Positions 27,233 to 33,865 of a stretch of 48,697 bases of DNA are shown here, in pieces. The position numbers were made by a program, and so were the translations under genes. Under the pieces are notes generated by a model. That model ran no database searches. It saw only the letters and a program-made list of their open reading frames with translations, and was not told the origin of the DNA. The stretch comes from a virus. The stretch's first letter is position 1; every line of letters starts with the position of its first letter. The DNA is taken from the IMG/VR virus record IMGVR_UViG_3300045988_103716. The stretch is one strand, 5' to 3'.

Positions 27233-27472
27233 ATGCCTGAATTCAAAGAAGCTGAATTTAAGAGTCCTAATTTGCACTCTTACTCAGTTCCGGACATACC
27301 AGAAGATGCAGTATTCCCAGAAGACATAACTGCTGAATACATCCAGAGACTGTATGAACAAGCAATCGTAGATTCAAAAGAATCAAAAATAGAAGCAAGA
27401 AAAGCAACTATTCTTTCCGTAATTTCAATTCTGATTGCTCTTGCATCACTGATATATAGCATTCTCTTTTAA
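27233..27472 (+). CDS. Plus-strand tail-anchored membrane protein (79 aa)
   Basis: GGAGGTG lies 6 nt before the ATG at 27233. Extended -10 TGATACTAT at 27208-27216. C-terminal TM ILSVISILIALASLIYSILF. Confidence 0.55.
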   Translation: MPEFKEAEFKSPNLHSYSVPDIPEDAVFPEDITAEYIQRLYEQAIVDSKESKIEARKATILSVISILIALASLIYSILF

Positions 27473-27564
27473 TGCAGTGCCTTGTACGTTGTAACGATGA
27501 TACTGATAATAGAAATCAGTATTGCAATAATTGAGCAAATATTTGAAGCTTTGTACCAATTCAT
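27469..27564 (-). CDS. Possible 31-aa hydrophobic peptide
   Basis: Hand-translated MNWYKASNICSIIAILISIISIIVTTYKALH. The ATG overlaps the TAA of the upstream gene (TAATG). It is preceded by a copy of the palindrome+RBS repeat. Confidence 0.35.
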   Translation of the reverse strand: MNWYKASNICSIIAILISIISIIVTTYKALH

Positions 27565-27869
27565 TATCTTTTTCTCCTTTGTATGCTCGTAGCATACTTT
27601 TTCTGATTCTCTGTATGGATGGTTTCAGAAACAGCCCTAGCTATCTCGTTAACATCAATTCCATAAGTCTTTAATCTTGAAGTCAATTCATCTGCCAATG
27701 AGTTGGCTTTTTCTAATTTAATAAGCATTCTGTCAAGTTCCTCGTTTACCTGATCCAAACCCTCAAGCTTGACAGCAACGGCTATTGTGCTTATCTCTTT
27801 TTCAGAATCTAAAGTGTTAAGGAGCTCCTTTGCTTTATTTTTAAGATCTTTTACTTCATTTTCATCCAT
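27564..27869 (-). CDS. Hypothetical coiled-coil protein
   Basis: 101 aa. The ATG at 27867-27869 lies 7 nt after GGAGA. Confidence 0.5.
   Translation of the reverse strand: MDENEVKDLKNKAKELLNTLDSEKEISTIAVAVKLEGLDQVNEELDRMLIKLEKANSLADELTSRLKTYGIDVNEIARAVSETIHTENQKKYATSIQRRKR
27573..27599 (-). promoter_or_regulatory. Palindrome+RBS repeat, copy 1 (GTATGCTACGAGCATAC + AAAGGAGA)
   Basis: 27-nt identity with 27877-27903. The 7-3-7 palindrome lies directly 5' of the SD of the 31-aa ORF. Confidence 0.6.
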
Positions 27870-27876
27870 TTAAATT

Positions 27877-27903
27877 TCTCCTTTGTATGCTCGTAGCATA
27901 CTT
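27877..27903 (-). promoter_or_regulatory. Palindrome+RBS repeat, copy 2
   Basis: The same 27-mer lies directly 5' of the SD of gene 27564-27869. Confidence 0.6.
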
Positions 27904-28223
27904 CTTCCTTTCTGTTAATTTCCATATTGTGATAGTATTAATATGGAGGTGATTAAGTTGAAAAAACTTTTGACCTTCCCTATTCTTCTGGGATAGTTGA
28001 GAACTGCATTCTGCGTATCTCAAGCAGTAACCGACAAACAAAAGTCGTAAACTAGGAGAGACTGTGTCTTTATGGTCTTTACTGAGAAGTTCCAACGATC
28101 CATCCACCTTATAGGGGTTTTATAGCAGAGGCGAACTGCTTGAAGTTGATGGTATCAACGGGTTAAGGGTGTTGAAGAAGTAAACAAAGAGTGCACTGTC
28201 AGTTCCTTAACAACTGGCGGTTT

Positions 28224-28424
28224 TTATTTACTGAAAAACAACTCGTCAATGTTCGCCTCTGGAAATCTGTCCTTGAACTTAAGCAGGAATGCATAGCTCG
28301 GTTTTCGATATCCCGTTTCAACCTTGCAGTAGTATGAAGGTGAAACATGTATCTCCTTTGCCATTTCTTTCTGTTCCAGGCCTGTACGGTTTCTGAAGTC
28401 CTTCAGCTTAGTGTCCCCTTTCAC
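28224..28424 (-). CDS. Small XRE-family HTH protein
   Basis: LKDFRNRTGLEQKEMAKEIHVSPSYYCKVETG. Confidence 0.65.
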   Translation of the reverse strand: MKGDTKLKDFRNRTGLEQKEMAKEIHVSPSYYCKVETGYRKPSYAFLLKFKDRFPEANIDELFFSK

Positions 28425-29227
28425 ACCAGGCTCTCCTCATCCTCAATATCTTCATCCTGTCGGCCGCTGCAGAACTTGTTGATGAAGTACACCTGACCTT
28501 TGCCGGTCACCTTCGTTGTTCTTGTTTCAAGAGGGCTCTTGTCTCCACGCTGTACAGTACGTACTATGATCTCAAACAGACCAAGCTCCAAGGCTCTCTG
28601 TGTCGGCTCGCAGGATCCTTTGCAGATATATTCTCTTTCACGCATCCAGGCATACAGTCTCTTCTCACCGATCGCGAATCCGTTCTGCTTGATCAGATGG
28701 GCAAGCTCTCTGACCAGGATGGCCGAGTCACTGGCAACCACGCTCTCCGCAAAGATCACCTTCGGCTTCTGTTCTTCAAGCTTATTATTCTTTTCTTCCA
28801 GTTCCTTTGTCTTCTGTTCAATAAGCTCTTTCTGCTCCTTGATCATCGTATCGGCTTCCAGTACGGCCTTGGCCAGAAGCTCTTCTCTTGATAAAGGCTT
28901 TGGAGCATACTTTCCAGTTTTTCGAATCTGCGGTAGGACTTCACTTGTGATCCAGTGCTTAAACTCCTTGGCGCTTGGAAGTTTGCTGGATAATATCAGT
29001 GAGTACAGTCCGGATTCGTTGATGATAGTCATTTCTTGGGTTCCACCAGAGGTGTCACATTTCATTACAGTCTTATCATCTTCATCAACATGTCTGTTAA
29101 TATCTCTATTACCATTTTGGTATCCGAGAACATTTGCGACATCCTTACCAACAAACCAGGGTTCTCCGTCAATTTGTAGAGTCCTCACATTTTTGTTTTC
29201 AAATTTAAATAATTGCAGGTCATTCAT
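28421..29227 (-). CDS. Antirepressor (BRO-N domain + KilA-C-type domain)
   Basis: LQLFKFENKNVRTLQIDGEPWFVGKDVANVLGY is a classic BRO-N N-terminus. It is followed by a coiled-coil linker and a C-terminal DNA-binding-like domain. Confidence 0.75.
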   Translation of the reverse strand: MNDLQLFKFENKNVRTLQIDGEPWFVGKDVANVLGYQNGNRDINRHVDEDDKTVMKCDTSGGTQEMTIINESGLYSLILSSKLPSAKEFKHWITSEVLPQIRKTGKYAPKPLSREELLAKAVLEADTMIKEQKELIEQKTKELEEKNNKLEEQKPKVIFAESVVASDSAILVRELAHLIKQNGFAIGEKRLYAWMREREYICKGSCEPTQRALELGLFEIIVRTVQRGDKSPLETRTTKVTGKGQVYFINKFCSGRQDEDIEDEESLV

Positions 29228-29256
29228 TTTACTTAGTTTCCTTTCTTTATATCAGT

Positions 29257-29271
29257 CTCACATTTCGTGAG
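29257..29271. promoter_or_regulatory. Operator-like palindrome O1 CTCACATTTCGTGAG
   Basis: Same motif as the switch-region sites. Lies between the Cro-like gene and the antirepressor gene. Confidence 0.5.
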
Positions 29272-29479
29272 TGTCGACTCCAAAAAAAAGATAGTCCACA
29301 GTGACACCAAACAAATTCGCAATAGCTAGTTTAATTTGGTCTCTAGGAATTCGCTCACCGTTTTCATACATAGATACAGTTGAACAAGCCACATTTATGG
29401 CTTCTGCGAATTCTTGCTGGGACATCTTTTTTTCTTGTCTTAAATTTTTAATTCTTTCACCGACTAATTTAGCGTCCAT
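29258..29479 (-). CDS. Cro-like XRE-family HTH regulator (73 aa)
   Basis: ATG at 29477-29479 follows AAAGGAGA. LRQEKKMSQQEFAEAINVACSTVSMYENG. Divergent from the CI-like gene. Confidence 0.7.
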   Translation of the reverse strand: MDAKLVGERIKNLRQEKKMSQQEFAEAINVACSTVSMYENGERIPRDQIKLAIANLFGVTVDYLFFGVDTHEM

Positions 29480-29494
29480 GGCGGTCTCCTTTCT

Positions 29495-29590
29495 CTCACG
29501 TTTCGTGAGTACACACATACTATAATTCTGTAACAAATATTTGTCAACACATTTCGTGAATTTTTGATTTACAGATTCACATTACGTGAT
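29495..29590. promoter_or_regulatory. Genetic-switch operators O2 (29495-29509 CTCACGTTTCGTGAG), O3 (29546-29560 AACACATTTCGTGAA), O4 (29576-29590 TTCACATTACGTGAT)
   Basis: Three related CAC-N5-GTG palindromes lie between divergent HTH genes and overlap the predicted promoters. Confidence 0.6.
29519..29547 (-). promoter_or_regulatory. Early lytic promoter (TTGACA-17-TATAGT)
   Basis: On the minus strand, TTGACA (29542-29547), a 17-nt spacer, then TATAGT (29519-29524). Confidence 0.65.
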
Positions 29591-29595
29591 ACAAT
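29587..29595 (+). promoter_or_regulatory. Extended -10 promoter TGaTACAAT for the CI-like gene
   Basis: TGATACAAT lies 27 nt upstream of the ATG at 29622 and is overlapped by O4. Confidence 0.5.
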
Positions 29596-29621
29596 ATTGT
29601 CGAAAGGATATAGGTGACTAC

Positions 29622-29975
29622 ATGAAAGAAATGAAAGATGTTCTCAAGGATCTTAGAGAAGAAAAGCATCTGTCACAAACTCAATTAGCGGATATGCTCA
29701 AACTTAGTGCTAGCGCTATAGGCATGTATGAAAGTGGTAAAAGAATACCACGTCCTGAAATTCTTGAAACTTTTGCAGATTTCTATAATGTTGACATGGA
29801 TTATTTATACGGTCGAACGCTTATTCGAAATCAAATGAGAGATTTTAAGGGCCTCACACGCAAGCAAGAAGAAGCAATCACCGTATTATATAGATCAATT
29901 CCAAACATGACAGATGAAGAAATAGATAAAATGCTGAACATGTTCAATTTGATGTTCGACAACAAGTTGAAATAA
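29622..29975 (+). CDS. CI-like XRE-family repressor (117 aa)
   Basis: LREEKHLSQTQLADMLKLSASAIGMYESG HTH plus a C-terminal extension. Same strand as the integrase. Confidence 0.7.
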   Translation: MKEMKDVLKDLREEKHLSQTQLADMLKLSASAIGMYESGKRIPRPEILETFADFYNVDMDYLYGRTLIRNQMRDFKGLTRKQEEAITVLYRSIPNMTDEEIDKMLNMFNLMFDNKLK

Positions 29976-29988
29976 ATATATAAGACAT

Positions 29989-30121
29989 GACCTGGTGTCG
30001 CGTTTCACGACGGTAAAAGGGGGTACCGTTTTGGTACCCCCTTGGTAAAAAGACTATAAATAAAGCAAGACCTTGTGTCGTGTTTCACGACGTCAGATGG
30101 GTCCCCGTTTCAGGGATCCAT
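29989..30121 (+). repeat. Two tandem modules of a 24-nt box (GACCTnGTGTCGyGTTTCACGACG) followed by a GC-rich hairpin with a GTTT loop
   Basis: Boxes at 29989-30012 and 30069-30092 (22/24 identical; core palindrome GTCGTGTTTCACGAC). Hairpins at 30017-30043 (11 bp, perfect) and 30097-30121 (9 bp, one G-U pair). A third GTTTCACGAC sits at 30162-30171. Confidence 0.75.
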
Positions 30122-30347
30122 AGGTAATAAGAAGATAAACTCAATAACGAAACGTTACTTAGTTTCACGACCCCTTGATAAAAAAAAAGAACACTGGCTA
30201 GGCGTTCTTCACAATAGAAGGTGTATTCCTTTTCCTCTCGAGTACCAAAACGGTAGTCGAGATGTTAACCAATCTGTTAACACAGTGTTCTCTTTGGATG
30301 GGGGGGTCCAAAATGGTACCCCATATATAAATAATAAATTAAAACAA

Positions 30348-30452
30348 TTGATACCTCAACAATAAAATCTTATAATAGGAAAAGAAATGGTTGCTTTCGA
30401 GGCGACTAGTAGACCTCCTTTCCTGTTCTAGGATTGGAGGTTTTTACTTTAT
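30348..30452 (+). promoter_or_regulatory. Promoter-leader module A, copy 1 (TTGATA-17-TATAAT, leader, terminator-like hairpin ACCTCC/GGAGGT + T5); start codon position reads ATA
   Basis: Paralogous to 31020-31128, sharing AGAAATGGT, GACTAGTAGACCTCCTTTC and GGAGGTTTTTACTTTAT. No ORF follows. Confidence 0.6.
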
Positions 30453-30454
30453 AA

Positions 30455-30483
30455 TTGACAATAAAGAAGTGCTTAAGTAGAAT
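30455..30483 (+). promoter_or_regulatory. Near-consensus sigma-A promoter TTGACA-17-TAGAAT
   Basis: TTGACA at 30455-30460, a 17-nt spacer, TAGAAT at 30478-30483. Confidence 0.65.
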
Positions 30484-30489
30484 GAGACC

Positions 30490-30559
30490 TGGCTAGCGGT
30501 AGAGAATTCTAAGTGAACCTACCTGCGCAGGAAGGTCTCTCATTCGTGAGAGGCTTTTT
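30490..30559 (+). ncRNA. Candidate ~70-nt structured RNA / riboswitch-like attenuator ending in a UUCG-loop intrinsic terminator
   Basis: GAGACC (30484-30489) can pair with GGTCTC (30534-30539), which overlaps the 5' arm of the terminator stem 30535-30542/30547-30554 (UUCG loop, then T5). Confidence 0.45.
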
Positions 30560-30606
30560 CTGTTTAAGCATAAAAAAAGATCCTCACTGTGCCAATAGTG
30601 AAGGAT
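30555..30606. repeat. 3'-end module B, copy 1 (TTTTTCTGTTTAA...A7...hairpin ATCCTCACT/AGTGAAGGAT)
   Basis: Paralogous to 32098-32148, which contains the last four codons and the stop of the Abi gene. Confidence 0.65.
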
Positions 30607-30627
30607 TACTAGTGAAAGGATGATACT

Positions 30628-31023
30628 ATGAATAAAGAAAACGGAACAAGCTGTTTAGGAAAAGTAATTAGAATACTTAGTGAAAAGGCTATAATCATCG
30701 ACGTAGGGTCCGATTATCTCACCGAAGGGGACAAGGTTCAAATCTATACAGCTAGTGATGAAATACTAGATTTGGATGGGAATCAACTAGGTGTCTTTGA
30801 AAACATAAAGGACACTTTAGACGTTGTCCAAACGTCCGAAAACTACTCAATTTGCAAAAAGCTTGCTGAAAAGGCTACGAGTACGTCTATATTGCTTCAG
30901 GGACTATATAGCCAAAAAACAGTCGTTGCTGAGAATATAAATGTAGACGAGTCCCAAATAGATGCCCTAGATATAACAGATGATAAGACAATACGTTTAG
31001 GGGATTTAGTTAAAAAATATTGA
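30628..31023 (+). CDS. Hypothetical 131-aa protein (moron, upstream partner of Abi gene)
   Basis: RBS GAAAGGA lies 7 nt before the ATG. No motif recognised. Confidence 0.55.
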   Translation: MNKENGTSCLGKVIRILSEKAIIIDVGSDYLTEGDKVQIYTASDEILDLDGNQLGVFENIKDTLDVVQTSENYSICKKLAEKATSTSILLQGLYSQKTVVAENINVDESQIDALDITDDKTIRLGDLVKKY

Positions 31024-31128
31024 TACGGCTACTTAAAATGAGTATAATAGATGGGAACAGAAATGGTCACCTTTGACGGAGACTAGTAGACCTCCTTTCT
31101 ATTATTGGAAAGGAGGTTTTTACTTTAT
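31020..31128 (+). promoter_or_regulatory. Promoter-leader module A, copy 2: TTGATA-17-TATAAT promoter plus leader hairpin that sequesters the Abi SD
   Basis: TTGATA at 31020-31025 and TATAAT at 31043-31048. Perfect 10-bp stem ACCTCCTTTC (31090-31099) / GAAAGGAGGT (31108-31117), then T5, then ATG at 31127. Confidence 0.6.
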
Positions 31129-32110
31129 GCCACAGTACGATAAGCCCTTTAAGGATTACAACGAACTAATAGATTTGCTTGAAAAACGCAATGTTGAGAT
31201 ACTGGATAAGACTTTTGCTATAAATTGTCTACAACAGTTCTCCTACTACTCCCTCATCAATGGATACAAAGATTTATTCCCATCCGATGATACCGGTAAA
31301 TTTCTTATGCCTATTAGTTTCTATGATTTTTATATGCTTGCTACTTTTGATAGAGAACTAAATAATCTTTTCTTTAAATACATAATAATGATAGAGAGAA
31401 AATTAAAATCAGTTATTTCATACCGTATTTCTAGCCAATATGGTGTAGAAACGGACCTCAAAGATTTAACCTTCAACAATTCTGCGGATTATCTGTACGA
31501 AGGCTATTATCAAACAAGAAAAGAAACAAGAAATACACTTGAGGGCATCAAAAGAGATATAAGTAAAAGCAAGAATGAAAGTGTTAACCACTATTTAAAG
31601 AATCATAACCACCTTCCATGCTGGATACTTGTTAATGGCCTTTACTTTGGAAGAATTATTCAACTTTATAACATTCTATTAAAGAGAGATAAGGACTATG
31701 TTTGTGAAAAAATGCTTAGTAGTAATCTTTTAACGATGGATCAGAAAAAAGAATTTATTAAAAGCAGCTTAAATATCATACGAAAATATCGCAACAATAT
31801 AGCACATGGTAATAGAACTTTTACTAACAGAATTAAAGATGAACTGCCTAAAAAACAAGTTCTAATTCTTTCAAAAGGCGCCATAACAGATTCAGATTAT
31901 AAAAAAGGTTTTTGTAAAAATGATATTTTTGCAGTAATACTAATAATCTGCTCCTATGTAGACCCTATTCTTGCAAAATATTTCTTATCTGAAATAGAAA
32001 GGACCTTTAGACTTCTAGATGAGGCTGTATTCTCCACAGGCCAGGATATCTTTGACCTGTTATCTCTACCTAGGGATTTTTTAACGCGTTTAAGCAATTT
32101 TTCTGTTTAA
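31127..32110 (+). CDS. Abi_2 (AbiD/AbiF-like) abortive-infection protein with HEPN Rx4H motif
   Basis: N-terminus KPFKDYNELIDLLEKRNVEILDKTFAINCLQQFSYYSLINGY is typical of Abi-like proteins. IRKYRNNIAHGNR supplies R-x4-H. The ATG at 31127 is preferred over the track start at 31073. Confidence 0.75.
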   Translation: MPQYDKPFKDYNELIDLLEKRNVEILDKTFAINCLQQFSYYSLINGYKDLFPSDDTGKFLMPISFYDFYMLATFDRELNNLFFKYIIMIERKLKSVISYRISSQYGVETDLKDLTFNNSADYLYEGYYQTRKETRNTLEGIKRDISKSKNESVNHYLKNHNHLPCWILVNGLYFGRIIQLYNILLKRDKDYVCEKMLSSNLLTMDQKKEFIKSSLNIIRKYRNNIAHGNRTFTNRIKDELPKKQVLILSKGAITDSDYKKGFCKNDIFAVILIICSYVDPILAKYFLSEIERTFRLLDEAVFSTGQDIFDLLSLPRDFLTRLSNFSV

Positions 32111-32148
32111 ACAAAAAAAGATCCTTCACCGCGCCAACAGTGAAGGAT
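32098..32148. repeat. 3'-end module B, copy 2 (includes hairpin ATCCTTCAC/GTGAAGGAT)
   Basis: See copy 1. Read on the minus strand, the hairpin is followed by T7 (terminator-like for antisense transcription). Confidence 0.65.
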
Positions 32149-32267
32149 AGATCGATACAGTCTGCGCCAACAGAACTGCATCCGCATTGTAAAATTATGA
32201 CCTGCTAAAATCACCTTTTACAGTGCTCATTTTAACATATTTTAGAAAGGATGGAAACAGATTTATT

Positions 32268-33758
32268 ATGAGCGAATATATCATGTATCTTAGAAAAAGC
32301 AGACAGGATAATCCAGAAGAAACAGTGGAGGAGGTTCTTTTCCGGCATGAGATCCAGCTGCAGGAGTATGCCATGAAAAACTTCCATTACAGGATCAAGG
32401 AGGAAGACATCTATCGTGAGGTCGTCTCCGGCGAGACCATCGAAGACAGACCGGAAATGAAGAAGGTTCTGAAACTGATCGAGTCCAGCACAGTCAAAGG
32501 AGTTCTTGTGATCGAGCCACAGCGTCTTAGCCGTGGTGACATGCTCGACTGCGGTACGATTGTACATGTCTTCCGATACACCAACACTTTAGTTGTGACA
32601 CCACCCAAGACTTATGATCTGACTGAGAAGTATGACCGCAAGTTCTTTGAGATGGAGCTTTCACGTGGATCTGACTATCTGGAATATACCAAGGAGATCC
32701 TGAACCGTGGAAGAGTCTTGTCACGCAAGCAGGGAAACTATATCGGTTCTGTAGCGCCTTATGGCTACACCAAGATCAAGAACGGCAAGGAGCATTCTCT
32801 TGTGATCAACGAGGAGGAAGCTCAGTATGTGCGTATGGCCTATGATCTGTTCATCCAGGGCCATGGTTCTCATTATATTGCAGAACAGCTTGAGGCTATG
32901 GGTGCCAAGCCAAGAAAGGCAAAACACTTTACTCCGGCCAATATCCGTAAGATGTTACGCAATCCCGTGTATATCGGTCAGATCGTACTGAACCGAAGTC
33001 AGTCTGTGAAAGTGTATGAAGACGGATGTCTGAAGACTAAGCGTGTGTACAACCCTGATTATGAGACAGTACCAGGAAAACATGAGCCTATCATAAGCAA
33101 TGAAATCTTCGAACTGGCCAACAGTGAAGCCTGCAGAAAAGCTAGAGTTCCTTCTTCAAAGGAGATTCGTTTCATCTTTGCCGGACTCGCAAAATGTTCA
33201 GTCTGTGGTGGCTCGCTTGGTCTTAAGATCCATACTGGAAGAGAACATCCGTACCGTGTTGGGTGTCTGAAGAAGAAATACTGCACGAACACTTCAATTC
33301 TTTATGAAGACTTCATAGACCTTGTTGTAAATGCACTTAAAGAGCAGATACAAGACTTTGAAGTACAGATCGAGACAAATGTATACAAAGAGGCCTTTGA
33401 AACACAGAGCCTTTTAGAATCACTCACAAAACGTCTTGAAAAGACAGATGAGAAGATGGGGCAGTTGTGTCAGTATCTGGAAGAAGGAATGTATACTCCA
33501 GATATGTTCGTCAAACGCCGTGATACGCTCATCCAGGAGAAGGATGAACTTCAAAAAGCAGTCAAGGAAGCCAACAAGAAGATGTCTGGGATGAAGGATA
33601 TAAAAGAAAAGACTTCATCATTACATGAAGCCTTGAATTTGTTGCGTGATGACTCGATATCGCCACGCCTTAAAAACACGTTTCTCAAAAAGATTATCAA
33701 AGTGATATATTTTAGTAGAATCAATGATGAAATAGTCTTGAAAGTCGTCCTTAGATAG
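32268..33758 (+). CDS. int: Large serine recombinase (phage integrase)
   Basis: N-terminal resolvase-type domain (YLRKSRQD...VLVIEPQRLSRGD), recombinase domain, zinc-ribbon CSVCGGSLGLK...C and a C-terminal coiled coil. Confidence 0.85.
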   Translation: MSEYIMYLRKSRQDNPEETVEEVLFRHEIQLQEYAMKNFHYRIKEEDIYREVVSGETIEDRPEMKKVLKLIESSTVKGVLVIEPQRLSRGDMLDCGTIVHVFRYTNTLVVTPPKTYDLTEKYDRKFFEMELSRGSDYLEYTKEILNRGRVLSRKQGNYIGSVAPYGYTKIKNGKEHSLVINEEEAQYVRMAYDLFIQGHGSHYIAEQLEAMGAKPRKAKHFTPANIRKMLRNPVYIGQIVLNRSQSVKVYEDGCLKTKRVYNPDYETVPGKHEPIISNEIFELANSEACRKARVPSSKEIRFIFAGLAKCSVCGGSLGLKIHTGREHPYRVGCLKKKYCTNTSILYEDFIDLVVNALKEQIQDFEVQIETNVYKEAFETQSLLESLTKRLEKTDEKMGQLCQYLEEGMYTPDMFVKRRDTLIQEKDELQKAVKEANKKMSGMKDIKEKTSSLHEALNLLRDDSISPRLKNTFLKKIIKVIYFSRINDEIVLKVVLR

Positions 33759-33838
33759 ACGGGATAACATGATTATTCCAATTCAAATGTATATCATTGT
33801 ATTTCCGCTACTTAAGTATATCAGAACAAAAGAAAAAA

Positions 33839-33865
33839 GCCTACAGAAAATAGTATTCTGTAGGC
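33839..33865. terminator. Bidirectional intrinsic terminator between integrase and endolysin
   Basis: GCCTACAGA / TCTGTAGGC 9-bp stem, with an A6 run before it and a T6 run after it. Confidence 0.75.

Noticed and set aside
27929-27998. Plus-strand extended -10 (TGATAGTAT) followed by GGAGGTG and a 12-codon TTG-initiated mini-ORF (MKKLLTFPILLG)
   Set aside because: Too short, and it relies on a TTG start. It could be chance in an AT-rich regulatory region. Noted only because similar TGaTAnnAT boxes recur on the plus strand at 25680, 25797, 26367, 27208 and 29587.
27862-28107. 81-aa minus-strand ORF ending in KKYATSIQRR
   Set aside because: Its C-terminus is only the duplicated palindrome+RBS element read in frame. 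It has no RBS, odd composition, and overlaps the true start of gene 27564-27869. The region is more likely promoter/leader DNA.
28500-29270. 256-aa plus-strand ORF, plus 28697-28891
   Set aside because: Entirely antisense to the BRO-N/KilA-C antirepressor gene. The Ser/Leu/Phe-rich translation is typical of a shadow frame.
30075-30365. 96-aa plus-strand ORF in the hairpin-repeat tract
   Set aside because: Non-ATG start, no RBS, and it runs through repeated hairpins and palindromic boxes. Treated as non-coding.
30484-30540. tRNA-like gene (GGCTAGCGGTAGAG resembles a D-arm)
   Set aside because: No acceptor stem, anticodon arm or T-loop (GTTCRANNC) can be drawn, and the length is too short.
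31073-31126. Track start (MTETSRPPFYYWKGGFYF...) for the Abi gene
   Set aside because: These codons are the leader hairpin read in frame. The ATG at 31127 sits 10 nt after AAAGGAGG, and the protein from there has the canonical Abi N-terminus.
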